Shown here: piece after piece, positions 1-9,562 of the stretch | Layout of the letters: each line of letters starts with the position of its first letter | How positions within the stretch are numbered: the first letter of the stretch is position 1 | Virus record (IMG/VR): IMGVR_UViG_3300009181_000033 | Coordinates: 62,001 to 126,000 of that record | DNA length: 64,000 nucleotides | Reading direction: 5' to 3' (one strand) | Position numbers and translations under genes: made by a program | The notes under the pieces: generated by a model | Database searches by the model: none | What the model saw: only the letters and a program-made list of their open reading frames with translations | What the model was told of the DNA's origin: nothing

Positions 1-66
1 GCAACCTGATTGTAGTTAATCCTACCTCCGGGCCTCCCCAATGTATCGAGGAAGGGATTGTAAAAA

Positions 67-237
67 TCACCCCATAAAACCCTCCACCTGATTATTGGAG
101 TTTTTTCTCACAATGGTTCCGGTGGAACTGGAGTAAAGGAAACGAACCATATCTCCAATTTTCCAATCAACCTCATCGAGTAGTTTTCCATCGAGGGTGA
201 GGAGGGAGGAGATGAATACCGTGTTTATTTCACTCAT
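67..237 (-). CDS. small KOW/SH3-like family protein (WKIGDMVRF)
   Basis: Start reassigned to the ATG at 237, overlapping the upstream stop; carries the family motif internally. Confidence 0.5.
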   Translation of the reverse strand: MSEINTVFISSLLTLDGKLLDEVDWKIGDMVRFLYSSSTGTIVRKNSNNQVEGFMG

Positions 238-419
238 GATTCTTTCTCCAGTTCCCCTGGGGCGATGATTTGTTCCGGACGGAAATAAATCTGTTTCCCA
301 TCGGGTAGCAGGGTGAGGTAGGATTGAATCCCATAGGAATTCCACCTTATATCCAGGATTATCCCGGTTCTTGTTGGCTCACCAAAAAAGTTTGTAAAAC
401 ACAGATCACCAACATCCAT
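234..419 (-). CDS. MKPGD-family small protein (MDVGDL...GII...YLTLLPDG)
   Basis: Family motif; GTGCAA promoter 36 nt upstream. Confidence 0.7.
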   Translation of the reverse strand: MDVGDLCFTNFFGEPTRTGIILDIRWNSYGIQSYLTLLPDGKQIYFRPEQIIAPGELEKES

Positions 420-455
420 AACCCTATCCTATCATGGTTCCTCAGGGTTTTGCAC
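420..455 (-). promoter_or_regulatory. leaderless phage promoter GTGCAA-N18-TAGGAT-N6-ATG
   Basis: One of about 35 copies with fixed spacing to the start codon. Confidence 0.7.
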
Positions 456-701
456 CGTTCCTAGAACAATATAGGTTCCATCGGTTACGTAAGAATAGTT
501 CTCACACCTTCTCATGGGAACTTCGTGTTTAAAAACCGTTCCAGGCCGGGAAGAATGAATCAATAGGATCTTTGAAACACCATCACCAGGAATTCCAGGA
601 AGTTCACCAACGATTGTATAAATTGTGTTTCTGGATTGGGATAGGATAACATCACCAACCTGTAATTCACTCTCCAGGGCAACGGAACCGATCTCCCTCA
701 C
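432..701 (-). CDS. hypothetical protein, KOW-like (LQVGDVI)
   Basis: ORF track; its C-terminus VQNPEEP is encoded by the next promoter. Confidence 0.6.
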   Translation of the reverse strand: MREIGSVALESELQVGDVILSQSRNTIYTIVGELPGIPGDGVSKILLIHSSRPGTVFKHEVPMRRCENYSYVTDGTYIVLGTVQNPEEP

Positions 702-703
702 CG

Positions 704-886
704 TTACCCCACAAGGTGTTTATCGTGGCGGAATTCTGTTAGGATCTCCCACAGGAGGGCCGGAAGTGAATCATGGATGTGAAGGTAACCTGGTATACCA
801 TCATACATGCAACACCAGGCCGGGCCAGGTGAAATAACTCCGGGCTTTTCTCTCCAAATCCTGAATGATTTCATTAGGTTAAACAT
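704..886 (-). CDS. hypothetical protein
   Basis: ORF packs tightly between its neighbours. Confidence 0.55.
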   Translation of the reverse strand: MFNLMKSFRIWREKPGVISPGPAWCCMYDGIPGYLHIHDSLPALLWEILTEFRHDKHLVG

Positions 887-1099
887 TCAACTACGAATTT
901 CTAGTTCAGCTTCGAGTTCGGTGATTTGCCTTTTTAATTCAGCAATTTGTAATCTAATCTGAGCGGTGGAAAGATTACTAAAATCTTTTGGTTTAGGTAA
1001 ACCAATCATTCTACTTTTTTCTTTCTTATCTTCGGTTAGTTGGGCTCGCTTAATTTCTTCTGTAATAATCTGCTTAAGTTGTGCTGCGGTGATTTTCAT
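887..1099 (-). CDS. putative virion protein with MKIT..QL..II.EE leader
   Basis: N-terminal motif shared with other ORFs; ATATTTA directly upstream. Confidence 0.65.
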   Translation of the reverse strand: MKITAAQLKQIITEEIKRAQLTEDKKEKSRMIGLPKPKDFSNLSTAQIRLQIAELKRQITELEAELEIRS

Positions 1100-1244
1100 G
1101 GTGATAAATATATCTCCTAATTAAAAATGTCAGTGAAGTTGAAAATATCATATACTGATGATTAGCAACGCGAGGTGTATCATAGGGATATTTATTTATT
1201 GTGAGTTAGAGAAAAGATACGGCCTTGTGCCGTATCATGAATCG

Positions 1245-1649
1245 TCATATTCTATCATGCTGAGTTTCAATGTATTTTTTCACACTTTCTTCGTTGGTTT
1301 CTCCAACAGATCCGTAGAAGGTTCCTCTACTCCACAAACCTGATCCCCAAAATTTTCTACCTTTTAGTTTTGGAAACTTAGTGAAGATATACACAGCTGA
1401 TATTGATTTCAACGTTTTTGCTATTTCTATCGGAGCTGTTTGATGATCCGCCTGAACAAAAATGTGAACATGATCTGGCATCACTTCAATGGTATGTAAT
1501 AGCCAACCATATTCTCCACAAGTTTCTGCAATGATATGTTTTGTCTCGACAGCAATATCATCTTTTAACACTGCATGTCGATATTTTGGGCACCAAACGA
1601 TGTGATAACCGAGTGAATGAACGCAATTATTTTCTGATATTTTTTGCAT
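1245..1649 (-). CDS. tnpA: IS200-type Y1 (HUH) transposase
   Basis: YHIVWCPKYR, DHVH (HUH), LWSRG, catalytic YIETQ; likely start MQKISENN. Confidence 0.95.
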   Translation of the reverse strand: MQKISENNCVHSLGYHIVWCPKYRHAVLKDDIAVETKHIIAETCGEYGWLLHTIEVMPDHVHIFVQADHQTAPIEIAKTLKSISAVYIFTKFPKLKGRKFWGSGLWSRGTFYGSVGETNEESVKKYIETQHDRI

Positions 1650-1668
1650 ATTGGTTATACTTATAAAC

Positions 1669-2832
1669 GTGAACAGGACGATCAAGGTAAAATTACAACT
1701 TTCTGATGCAGATGTTCTCTCGCTTAGAGAAACTCAGAAGATTGTTTCGTCCTGCTTCAACGATCACGTAGCTTGGTCATTTAAGAAGAAGTCTTGGTCG
1801 AAGTTAACTGCCCATAAAGATCTCTATTTCTCACAGAGAGAAAAATTCCCTCAACTTCCGTCTGCAATGTTGCAATCCACAAGAGATACAGCTCTTGAAT
1901 CTGTAAAAGCGTTAAAATTCAAGTTTCAGCCTAAGAAATCTGAAAACAGCGGGATTAGGTACGATAAGAGATTGTTCTCACTAAGAGGAGAACAACTTAC
2001 TTTGAGCTCTATAAACGGTAGAATTAAGACAATAGTTCAATTCCCTGAATGGTGTAAGGAAGTTGTAAAAAAGGGAAAGGTTCAAGGAATTCAACTTTGC
2101 TGGGACAAGAAAAAGAAACAGTTTAATGCGAGTATAGTCTTTAGCTTGTTCGATATTAAGCCTAAATCAGACGGAACAGTCATAGGCTTAGATAGAGGTT
2201 TGATCAACTTAGTGACGAGTTCAGAAGGTGAAATTTTTGGTGGGAAATCAGTCAGAAAGAATCAGAGGAAGTTCCTCTACTTGAGGAAGAAGTTGTCGAC
2301 AAAAGGTACTCATTCCGCTAAAAGGCTTCTTAGGAAGATTAGTGGAAAAGAGCAGCGGTTCAGTCGAGAAATTAATCACATCATTGCGAAAGAATTGTCT
2401 GAAAGAAGTGAAGTCAAAACGTATGTCATAGAGGATTTAAGCGGAATTAGAAACAAATCAAGAGGAAGAAAGATGAACAAGATTCTCTCCTCTTGGGCTT
2501 TTAAACAGTTTGAATCTTTCTTGACTTATAAGTGCACAGCAAAAGGAATATCTGTCGAAAAAGTTGATGCAAGATATACGTCACAAAGATGTTCTTGTTG
2601 CGGAACAATTAGAAAAGAAAATCGTTTGAGAGGAAGATACTCCTGTAATCGATGTAGTTTCACAAAACACGCAGACATTAATGCAGCAATTAATATCAGA
2701 GATCGTTGGATCTCTAAATCATCTCGCAGCTTGAACTGTGAGCAGGATGCAGTCAATCATCCACACGGAAACAGTGTTGTTCTTGACGTTGGATCAAGCG
2801 CTGAGTTCCAAGGTCACGGCCTCGTGCCGTGA
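1669..2832 (+). CDS. tnpB: RNA-guided endonuclease TnpB
   Basis: RuvC motifs GLDRG / IEDL / HADINAA, TSQRCSCCG zinc ribbon; GTG start at 1669 after ATACTTA. Confidence 0.95.
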   Translation: MNRTIKVKLQLSDADVLSLRETQKIVSSCFNDHVAWSFKKKSWSKLTAHKDLYFSQREKFPQLPSAMLQSTRDTALESVKALKFKFQPKKSENSGIRYDKRLFSLRGEQLTLSSINGRIKTIVQFPEWCKEVVKKGKVQGIQLCWDKKKKQFNASIVFSLFDIKPKSDGTVIGLDRGLINLVTSSEGEIFGGKSVRKNQRKFLYLRKKLSTKGTHSAKRLLRKISGKEQRFSREINHIIAKELSERSEVKTYVIEDLSGIRNKSRGRKMNKILSSWAFKQFESFLTYKCTAKGISVEKVDARYTSQRCSCCGTIRKENRLRGRYSCNRCSFTKHADINAAINIRDRWISKSSRSLNCEQDAVNHPHGNSVVLDVGSSAEFQGHGLVP

Positions 2833-2840
2833 CTATTTGA

Positions 2841-3109
2841 CCCTCCGCATTACATTTCGGGAAACTCCGTTCATCCGTTAATCCCTCGTGTTGGAAGAAG
2901 ATCTCTTCCGATTCCTTGAATAAGGAACGTAGATCCTCGTAGCCCAGCTCAATGGAATTGGTTCCACTTCCCCAAGGATCGGTGATTCCAATACTAAACC
3001 TCTTGTAGGTTGGATTCCAATGAATGCTTAGATGATTTCCTTCCATATCATGAAAACCAGCCGAGGTGTTCTTCTTCTTTTTTGCCGTGGTGTTCAACCC
3101 CTTCTTCAT
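2841..3109 (-). CDS. hypothetical protein whose stop was displaced by the IS insertion
   Basis: Promoter at 3110-3145; native end would be CNAEG-TAA at the empty site; now reads on into the IS to 2753. Confidence 0.6.
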
Positions 3110-3413
3110 GATTCTATTCTATCATCCTCCTGCGAAACTTTGCACCGGATCAACATCACTCATGAAAAGGTAGAATTCCTTAACACCTTCGTAATCCCAC
3201 ACACCAACTCGAATTCCAAACTGTTGAACCGCACTGATCCAGGAACCGTGAGGAGATCTTGAGTTCTGTGGGGAATCATAGGTAAATCCCCCGGCCGAGA
3301 TCCATTTTCCACCCTTTTCCACCCCACGAAATCCTCGGTTCTTACCGGATTTTATTGGTGGTTGAGATGAAATATTTCCGTGTGGATCACAGCCAAGTTC
3401 CTCAAGGTTCATG

Positions 3414-3815
3414 TTACGCGTTTTCCCATCCTCCAACCGGCCGATATCCGGAAGGATACTGGCAAACATAACCACGCCAACCATCGGCCTCGCATCCTTC
3501 CAAGGCATCCGAAAGATTGTTCCAGGTGGTTGGATTCCACGAGGCTATTTTTCCTGTTGGAGAACCATCAACAGTGTAGGCAATTCCGTACAACATTCGC
3601 CCATCCAATTCCTTGGTGTGCCTAACCCATTCCTGAAGTGCCCCAATTAGATTTTCTGCCTCCTTCCAACCTTCGGAGGAGGGAGGAAGAGAAAAAGAAG
3701 TACTTTCGTGATAATCAACAGTAACAATTCTCAGTGTTCCATCTACAATCATCTCCAGGAACAAATCACCGTGTTTTTCGGAATCAATTTCGCTTGTGTA
3801 TAGATCTGCACTCAT
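3414..3815 (-). CDS. hypothetical protein
   Basis: GTGCAA promoter at 3816-3851. Confidence 0.65.
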   Translation of the reverse strand: MSADLYTSEIDSEKHGDLFLEMIVDGTLRIVTVDYHESTSFSLPPSSEGWKEAENLIGALQEWVRHTKELDGRMLYGIAYTVDGSPTGKIASWNPTTWNNLSDALEGCEADGWRGYVCQYPSGYRPVGGWENA

Positions 3816-3851
3816 GTTTCTATTCTACCTCACTCAGGTATGGGTTTGCAC

Positions 3852-4031
3852 TCACCTGATCACCTCGTAACAACTTCGAAACCCATTGAATTCCCAACGA
3901 ACAATCTCTCCGTTTCCCAAAAGAACCTCAACATTTCTCCAGGATACCTTGAGAATCAATCCAATCTCAGGTGTGTAACGGTGAACCACCAATTTTCCAG
4001 GTTGAATATCGTTAACACTTGAAGGAATCAC
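3852..4031 (-). CDS. MKPGD-family small protein (IQPGKLVV), not in the ORF track
   Basis: Manual translation, 59 aa, GTGA overlap with the upstream gene. Confidence 0.6.
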   Translation of the reverse strand: MIPSSVNDIQPGKLVVHRYTPEIGLILKVSWRNVEVLLGNGEIVRWEFNGFRSCYEVIR

Positions 4032-4345
4032 GGATCATCCTTTTCATCCTTACACATGTGATCCAAATAGAATGGAAGGGCACCTGGTGGCATGGGTTGA
4101 ACCTGAAACATTTGTTGGGAAATTTGAGTATAATTCCGTGTGATGGGCCTCACGATATTATCAAAGGGATTCTTAAAATTGCTCCATAACACCTTGGCAT
4201 TGTTTTCATCGATTTTTTCCACCACCGTTCCAAGTGAATGTGGGGCCAAATAAAACCGTACCATATCACCTGGTTTTGGTTCATTACAAAACTTGCCTTC
4301 GATGGTTACCAGGGTTCTAATATCCATGATTCTAATATCACTCAT
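4028..4345 (-). CDS. MKPGD-family protein with C-terminal extension
   Basis: PKPGDMVRF...LGTVV...VLWS. Confidence 0.7.
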   Translation of the reverse strand: MSDIRIMDIRTLVTIEGKFCNEPKPGDMVRFYLAPHSLGTVVEKIDENNAKVLWSNFKNPFDNIVRPITRNYTQISQQMFQVQPMPPGALPFYLDHMCKDEKDDP

Positions 4346-4599
4346 GATTCACCTTCCACCTGTTGAGGAATTGCCCGATTTAACCAACCAATAATACCCC
4401 TTGAGGTGATAACCCGGCAACCATTTCCACCTCGTTCAAAGGAATCCTCCAATACCATTGCGAGTTCTCCTGTTTCAAAGAATCCACTAAAACCATTGGG
4501 ATTTTCTTCGATCTTTCCCCACCTGGCACGGAGAACATTACCGAACATCTTATCAATCTCAGGAATTCCTCCTAAACGAACGAGTTCACCAGGTTTCAC
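4342..4599 (-). CDS. MKPGD-family small protein
   Basis: MKPGELVR...GIIGW. Confidence 0.75.
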   Translation of the reverse strand: MKPGELVRLGGIPEIDKMFGNVLRARWGKIEENPNGFSGFFETGELAMVLEDSFERGGNGCRVITSRGIIGWLNRAIPQQVEGES

Positions 4600-4640
4600 T
4601 TGAGCACCTCTATGCTAGAGTACCACACTGATCGGGTGTT

Positions 4641-4835
4641 TTACACGCACGAGATCATCTCAAGACTGACCGGTTGGAGGCTCAAGGTTCTCCCGTCTTG
4701 AAGCACGATCTTCCAAACATCCAGTGTTCCACGTTTCCCAGGGCTCAACACGATACCCAACATCCCGTTGTACTCTTTGGTCCAGGACTTGTCACCCGCC
4801 CTCACTTTCACTCGAACCAGATCACCAGGTTTCAT
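4641..4835 (-). CDS. MKPGD-family small protein, KOW-like
   Basis: MKPGDLVRV...GMLGIVL...LEMIS. Confidence 0.75.
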   Translation of the reverse strand: MKPGDLVRVKVRAGDKSWTKEYNGMLGIVLSPGKRGTLDVWKIVLQDGRTLSLQPVSLEMISCV

Positions 4836-5047
4836 ACGATCACCTCAGTTTTAAGGTGTGTTACCTGAGATGATTCGGATAAATCCGGCCATAAAATACG
4901 TACCCTATTTTTATCAAATATTTCTAGTACAATTCCAAGCCTCATGTGGCCATTGTAGAAGTTACCTACCATATCACCTGGTTGTGGATTGTGTACCGGG
5001 CCACCGGTGGGGGCAGAAAGTGAAAGTGTGTAGTGATTAGAGATCAC
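4832..5047 (-). CDS. MKPGD-family small protein
   Basis: PQPGDMV...LGIVL...ILWP. Confidence 0.65.
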   Translation of the reverse strand: MISNHYTLSLSAPTGGPVHNPQPGDMVGNFYNGHMRLGIVLEIFDKNRVRILWPDLSESSQVTHLKTEVIV

Positions 5048-5050
5048 AAT

Positions 5051-5269
5051 TCACTTTACCTCATCTGTGTAACCTGAGAAAATATTGATTACTCCACGAT
5101 CGGTAATCACATGGTAAAATACCCGAGGATTATCACCGCTTTCCACAGATTCCTCCAGAAAAATTCCGATGGTATCCGAAGAAAATCGAATCACAGGTTC
5201 CCCTGGTTTATAATCAAGAGGATATCCATGGGAATGTGCATAGATTCGAATCAAATCACCCGGTTTCAT
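5051..5269 (-). CDS. MKPGD-family small protein
   Basis: MKPGDLIR...GIFLE. Confidence 0.75.
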   Translation of the reverse strand: MKPGDLIRIYAHSHGYPLDYKPGEPVIRFSSDTIGIFLEESVESGDNPRVFYHVITDRGVINIFSGYTDEVK

Positions 5270-5433
5270 GTGGGAAACTCCGTTAGGTTGTGTTCCTGAT
5301 ATGCCAACTTCTGACCCGTGGATGGGTCAAGAACAACACAATAATCCTTTCCAAAAGTTTCAATGATAATCAATGGGGTTCGAGAATCAATGAGTCTGGA
5401 TCCCTTAAGAAAAACCATATCACCTGGTTTCAC
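5266..5433 (-). CDS. MKPGD-family small protein, not in the ORF track
   Basis: Manual translation (V/M)KPGDMVFL, 55 aa. Confidence 0.65.
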   Translation of the reverse strand: MKPGDMVFLKGSRLIDSRTPLIIIETFGKDYCVVLDPSTGQKLAYQEHNLTEFPT

Positions 5434-5606
5434 GAGATCACCTGGTAATAGTTAAGGAAGTATGCTTGTGCACCATGATTCACCTTGCCATTTGTGAATA
5501 AAACAACAAACCCGTATTCAGTTTCCTCAAGAATCACACCCATCTCCTCATCATGAAAAACCGAGGCATTTGTATAGATGGTATGAATCATATCACCGGT
5601 TTTCAT
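5430..5606 (-). CDS. MKPGD-family small protein, not in the ORF track
   Basis: MKTGDMI..., 58 aa, with its own GTGCAA promoter. Confidence 0.65.
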   Translation of the reverse strand: MKTGDMIHTIYTNASVFHDEEMGVILEETEYGFVVLFTNGKVNHGAQAYFLNYYQVIS

Positions 5607-5642
5607 GATTCACTCTACCATCCCTTTACGGAACTTTGCACC

Positions 5643-5837
5643 TCAAAGTGATTCTATTTCATCATAGAAAACTGGGAATATCTTTGCAGTTGCTGGATGA
5701 AGAACCTGAGATGGTTCGGATTGATCCACACCCATATCCTCCAGGAGTATGAAAAAATCATCTCGAATTTCACGAATCACCAAGGAACCATAGATATCGG
5801 AATCCACAGTCAATCGTACGAGATCACCACGAATCAT
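5643..5837 (-). CDS. MKPGD-family small protein
   Basis: MIRGDLVR. Confidence 0.7.
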   Translation of the reverse strand: MIRGDLVRLTVDSDIYGSLVIREIRDDFFILLEDMGVDQSEPSQVLHPATAKIFPVFYDEIESL

Positions 5838-6028
5838 ACAGGTTTAATCCTTTCCAGGCCAATTCTTTTCACACCGGTGCTGGTGATGATTTCACAGGTT
5901 GGAAATGATGGTGAATAATCTGGATGATTCCACAGAATTTGCTGAACATAAATTCCAAGATAAGGAATGGCATAAGTGTAGGAGTTAACCATCATTCCTT
6001 CAACTTTTACGAGATCACCGGGTTTCAT
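5834..6028 (-). CDS. MKPGD-family small protein
   Basis: MKPGDLVK. Confidence 0.75.
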   Translation of the reverse strand: MKPGDLVKVEGMMVNSYTYAIPYLGIYVQQILWNHPDYSPSFPTCEIITSTGVKRIGLERIKPV

Positions 6029-6248
6029 TGAGAATCTCCATATCCATTCTATAAACCCAACGTACTCCTCGAGGAAATAAAACCTTCAAAACATCCTGAC
6101 CCCATTGATTCTGATGTTCTTCAAGAAGGCAAACAATCTCATTTTTTTCCATGTGAATTTCCCAGGAATCACACTGATCATCAGTGTATACACGTACCAC
6201 ACCAACCTGAATTTTATTGCTGACACGAAGAAGATCACCAGGTTTCAT
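6015..6248 (-). CDS. MKPGD-family small protein
   Basis: MKPGDLLR...KVLFPRGVRW. Confidence 0.75.
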   Translation of the reverse strand: MKPGDLLRVSNKIQVGVVRVYTDDQCDSWEIHMEKNEIVCLLEEHQNQWGQDVLKVLFPRGVRWVYRMDMEILNETR

Positions 6249-6508
6249 ACCAATTCCAGATCACATCTTTTTATCCAACCACAACCACCTAATGTAGGTA
6301 AAACCTTTACCCAAAATGTTTGGATGTGTTTTCCATCACCAGGAATTTCCTTTTGTTCCAATACAATTCCAACATCAATGTAACTGAATTTTCCTACGTG
6401 GCACTTCCTATAGATCGATTCAAAACTCGGCGGATCATCCCACAGCACCTTAAATGGTTCCTCACCCTCCAATTCAGGAATGATTCGTACCATATCACCG
6501 GGTTTCAT
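6245..6508 (-). CDS. MKPGD-family small protein
   Basis: MKPGDMVR...GIVLE...WVKV...GW; promoter at 6509-6544. Confidence 0.75.
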   Translation of the reverse strand: MKPGDMVRIIPELEGEEPFKVLWDDPPSFESIYRKCHVGKFSYIDVGIVLEQKEIPGDGKHIQTFWVKVLPTLGGCGWIKRCDLELV

Positions 6509-6517
6509 GATTCCAAT

Positions 6518-6787
6518 CTACCACATCCATTCCACGGTTTGCACATCTTCTTCTCGAATCCAACCAATTCCGGTGGGACAAGAAATCTTCAACCACCTCT
6601 CGTAGATCTCATCATCTTCATCCACGTAAACATCACATTCCAATACCAATCCAACATCCAAGTAGTGAAAATGGGTTGCAGGTGGAATAAGAATTCCAGC
6701 CTTTGTGTACAACACCAAGGTGGCAACATCAGGAAAGTTTGGATCCAAACTTTCCGCACGAATTCGTACGAGATATCCAGGGATCAC
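6518..6787 (-). CDS. MKPGD-family small protein
   Basis: MIPGYLVR...CPTGIGW; close paralogue of 8294-8563. Confidence 0.75.
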   Translation of the reverse strand: MIPGYLVRIRAESLDPNFPDVATLVLYTKAGILIPPATHFHYLDVGLVLECDVYVDEDDEIYERWLKISCPTGIGWIREEDVQTVEWMW

Positions 6788-6999
6788 GAGATAACCTCGA
6801 GGATGGAATCTGTGAGTTCCGCAATTCTTCCTTTACCCATCCAATTAGGGAGAGTTTCGTTCATGAGAATCGTACACAGGTGAACCTGATCATATCCACC
6901 CGAATCACGGAAACAACCTTCCATCGGGCGAATGTGTAGGATGATTCCAATCATTTCCCTTCCTTGATCATGGGTTCGTACCAGATCACCAGGTTTCAC
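6784..6999 (-). CDS. MKPGD-family small protein
   Basis: MKPGDLVR...LEVIS. Confidence 0.75.
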   Translation of the reverse strand: MKPGDLVRTHDQGREMIGIILHIRPMEGCFRDSGGYDQVHLCTILMNETLPNWMGKGRIAELTDSILEVIS

Positions 7000-7232
7000 G
7001 TGAGAACCTCTATATCATCCTCAATCTCTTCATCCTTCAACCAGGTTCTTCCAACCATTCTAACAGGGGAGGTGAGAAAAACATGGATCTCGTTGTACTT
7101 GGATCCTGGCTTCTTTGGGATGAAATCAATCACCATTCCAAACCAATCACCATAAACGTTATCAAAAACTTGATGACGATGGTAAAAATCAGGCGGAACA
7201 GGTTTGTTTCTAACCATATCACCAGGTTTCAT
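6996..7232 (-). CDS. MKPGD-family small protein
   Basis: MKPGDMVR; promoter upstream. Confidence 0.75.
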   Translation of the reverse strand: MKPGDMVRNKPVPPDFYHRHQVFDNVYGDWFGMVIDFIPKKPGSKYNEIHVFLTSPVRMVGRTWLKDEEIEDDIEVLT

Positions 7233-7250
7233 GGTTCTACCTTACCACAC

Positions 7251-7487
7251 TCACATGTGGGTTTGCATGGTTTGCCGGGTTGATTCCATACGATAAGCGG
7301 TTTGAGGTTCAACCACGATTAGGTCTGATTCCCTACAATGAACGATTCCTTGGGAAGGAAACAACACAGACCACCATGGAAACGGATCATAGGTTTTCGG
7401 TGTGTGACTCTCAAGCAAGAATCCATATTCAATGTCCAGATTCATTTCCCATCGAAACTTCCAACAGACAAGATCACCGGGGCTCAT
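7251..7487 (-). CDS. MKPGD-family small protein
   Basis: MSPGDLV. Confidence 0.7.
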   Translation of the reverse strand: MSPGDLVCWKFRWEMNLDIEYGFLLESHTPKTYDPFPWWSVLFPSQGIVHCRESDLIVVEPQTAYRMESTRQTMQTHM

Positions 7488-7746
7488 TTCGCTTCACTCT
7501 CTTCAAAAATGAATCCTCACCATGATCACCTGAATACAGATAATCGATATCCCTCATCACCTGTGACAGGTTTCTAAGAATAGGAATCTGTTCACGTAGG
7601 TAACTCAAAACCTCTTCACCGTAACCTCGATAATATCCCCACTCATCTTTTAGATCGTTATTCTCAATCTCGTGCTCAAGCTCATCAGCAAACTGGTGAA
7701 CCTGATAATAGATGTAACCGTTGTTATTGAAACTTCCTCCGCTCAT
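7474..7746 (-). CDS. hypothetical protein (MSGGSF...SGD), duplicated at 9936-10202
   Basis: Closely similar second copy. Confidence 0.75.
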   Translation of the reverse strand: MSGGSFNNNGYIYYQVHQFADELEHEIENNDLKDEWGYYRGYGEEVLSYLREQIPILRNLSQVMRDIDYLYSGDHGEDSFLKRVKRNEPR

Positions 7747-7994
7747 TTGCTTCCTCCTTTCAAGATTTCTTCTACGAGTAACTCAGGCTCACCCCATCTT
7801 TCGATCGAACGCCAAGGTAAAGAACCGAGCTCATTTCGCCGTAGCTGGCTCAAATCGTTGAGCTCAGTGATTCCGTAGATTTCAGCGTTCTCAATCTCTT
7901 CGTGGGCATATTTGAATCCAATTTTGCCAGCCTCGGACTCATCCTTCGCCTCTACGAGAATTTCTGTTTGAAATGTCACGCGATAAAGTTTCAT
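7743..7994 (-). CDS. hypothetical protein, paralogue of 10223-10489
   Basis: LYRxTFQTEILV...GSLPWR shared. Confidence 0.75.
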   Translation of the reverse strand: MKLYRVTFQTEILVEAKDESEAGKIGFKYAHEEIENAEIYGITELNDLSQLRRNELGSLPWRSIERWGEPELLVEEILKGGSK

Positions 7995-8251
7995 GGTAGC
8001 ACTTTATCATAGTTTGGACTGGGTTTGCACTCAATGGCTACATTTGCGATCCATAATGGTTGTCCATGCACCAGGATTCTCGTGAATTCTTCACGAATCT
8101 CTAGGATGACCCCTACGTCCTCGGAATAAACAATGACAGCCTTGTGATACCCATATTCCCCTGGATAGCTAGCGTATGCTTTTCTTCCAAGATCAAGGCC
8201 ATGCATCACGGCCCACCGTGGGATCGTAGAGACCATATCACCAGGTTTCAT
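7991..8251 (-). CDS. MKPGD-family small protein
   Basis: MKPGDMV; promoter at 8252-8287. Confidence 0.75.
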   Translation of the reverse strand: MKPGDMVSTIPRWAVMHGLDLGRKAYASYPGEYGYHKAVIVYSEDVGVILEIREEFTRILVHGQPLWIANVAIECKPSPNYDKVLP

Positions 8252-8293
8252 GGTTTTATCTTACCACACTCACGTGTGGGTTTGCACCGGGTT

Positions 8294-8563
8294 TCATGAT
8301 AACTTCTTGATATACACGAGTGGCAACCAACCGATTCCGGTGGGACAAACTATCCTTGCCCAAACACCATCGAGTTCTGGTGGGTCATACTTGTTGACAT
8401 TCATAATTTCCACAATGGTTCCAATGTGATCATAGTGGAATCGAGCAGTAGACTCAAGCCGAGTGGACCAGATACCGGGGGAAGAGTAGAACAAAACATC
8501 AGGCTCAGGATGGTTACGATTCTGGATTCGTTTGTTGAGGATGACAAGATCACCGGGTTTCAT
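8294..8563 (-). CDS. MKPGD-family small protein
   Basis: MKPGDLV...CPTGIGW. Confidence 0.75.
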   Translation of the reverse strand: MKPGDLVILNKRIQNRNHPEPDVLFYSSPGIWSTRLESTARFHYDHIGTIVEIMNVNKYDPPELDGVWARIVCPTGIGWLPLVYIKKLS

Positions 8564-9558
8564 GGCACCCGAGAGAACACCTTATCGAGTGACATCCCAT
8601 CCGTTTCATCAACCAACCGTGTGTCACCTAGGATCTTCATTCGGGTATCCCGGGAAGGTGGACCAAACTCACGAACGAACTTGAACCTGGAAGGGCGGTT
8701 CTTGATGGAGTCATCGATTCGACTGATGTTGTTTGCTGTCATGATGAAAACATTCCCCCTGTAATCATTGTGCACCCCATCGAGGGCATTGATGATTGCA
8801 TCAAATGTGAACTTCACCTGATCGTTCTTCATGGAACACTCCCTCCCGTCAAAGTAGTTATCAAAGTCCTCGAGGAGAACGATTGAGCGAGGAGGAACGG
8901 AGGCGAACATCATTGCAACATCCAGGTTGTTGTACTCCGGATTGAGGTAGACAACATTGATGGGCAAGGAATACTTTCGCGAGAGATACTTTACGAACTG
9001 TGTCTTTCCGTTTCCTGGTGGGCCATAGAGGAGGCAGCCTGTCTTGTTTGACTCTCCCGAGAGCACCTTTACAACATCCCGCTCAATGTCATTGTAGAGT
9101 TCCTTGTCAAGGACGGGTTCTGTATGAGGATCACACTTGAGTTCCCCCAGCCTGTCACAACCGTGAGGCGTGAGGGCCATCACGGGAGCATAATCTGAAT
9201 CGGTCTCACGGGTGAGGAGTTTGTTGATATTCTCACGGTTCCACCTCATGAACGTGAGGACCGTCATCTCCTCCTTTCCTTGCCATCCGGCAGTGAGCAA
9301 CCTCTCTCCACGAGAGAAATACATGTAAACTCCCCGAAGTTTCACGATTGCATCATAGGTGTTCGGAAACTTTGGCTCGGAAACGTGCTCACCAGCCAGG
9401 ACCCACTTGAACTGTGCCTCCTTTTCAATCAAACTGATTACCCTCTTGGAGGTGTCGTTGTCCAGCCGATACGAACCAGTCAACAAGTACTTGAAGATTG
9501 CCCAGATCGATACAAATGTAGAACCAAGAATTCCAATCAATCCAAAGAATGTGTTCAT
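8560..9558 (-). CDS. membrane-anchored AAA+ ATPase, BCS1-like
   Basis: N-terminal TM helix, GPPGNGKT, VLLEDFD, LDGV, MTAN, RPSRF. Confidence 0.85.
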   Translation of the reverse strand: MNTFFGLIGILGSTFVSIWAIFKYLLTGSYRLDNDTSKRVISLIEKEAQFKWVLAGEHVSEPKFPNTYDAIVKLRGVYMYFSRGERLLTAGWQGKEEMTVLTFMRWNRENINKLLTRETDSDYAPVMALTPHGCDRLGELKCDPHTEPVLDKELYNDIERDVVKVLSGESNKTGCLLYGPPGNGKTQFVKYLSRKYSLPINVVYLNPEYNNLDVAMMFASVPPRSIVLLEDFDNYFDGRECSMKNDQVKFTFDAIINALDGVHNDYRGNVFIMTANNISRIDDSIKNRPSRFKFVREFGPPSRDTRMKILGDTRLVDETDGMSLDKVFSRVP

Positions 9559-9562
9559 TTAT

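Larger units (their letters stand above)
1200..2840 (+). mobile_element. IS200/IS605-family element (tnpA + tnpB), target TTTAT
   Basis: Left hairpin GATACGGC-CTTGT-GCCGTATC (1216-1236); right hairpin GTCACGGC-CTCGT-GCCGTGAC followed by TATTTGA; left edge is 1196 or 1200; excision restores a TAA stop for the 3109 gene. Confidence 0.88.
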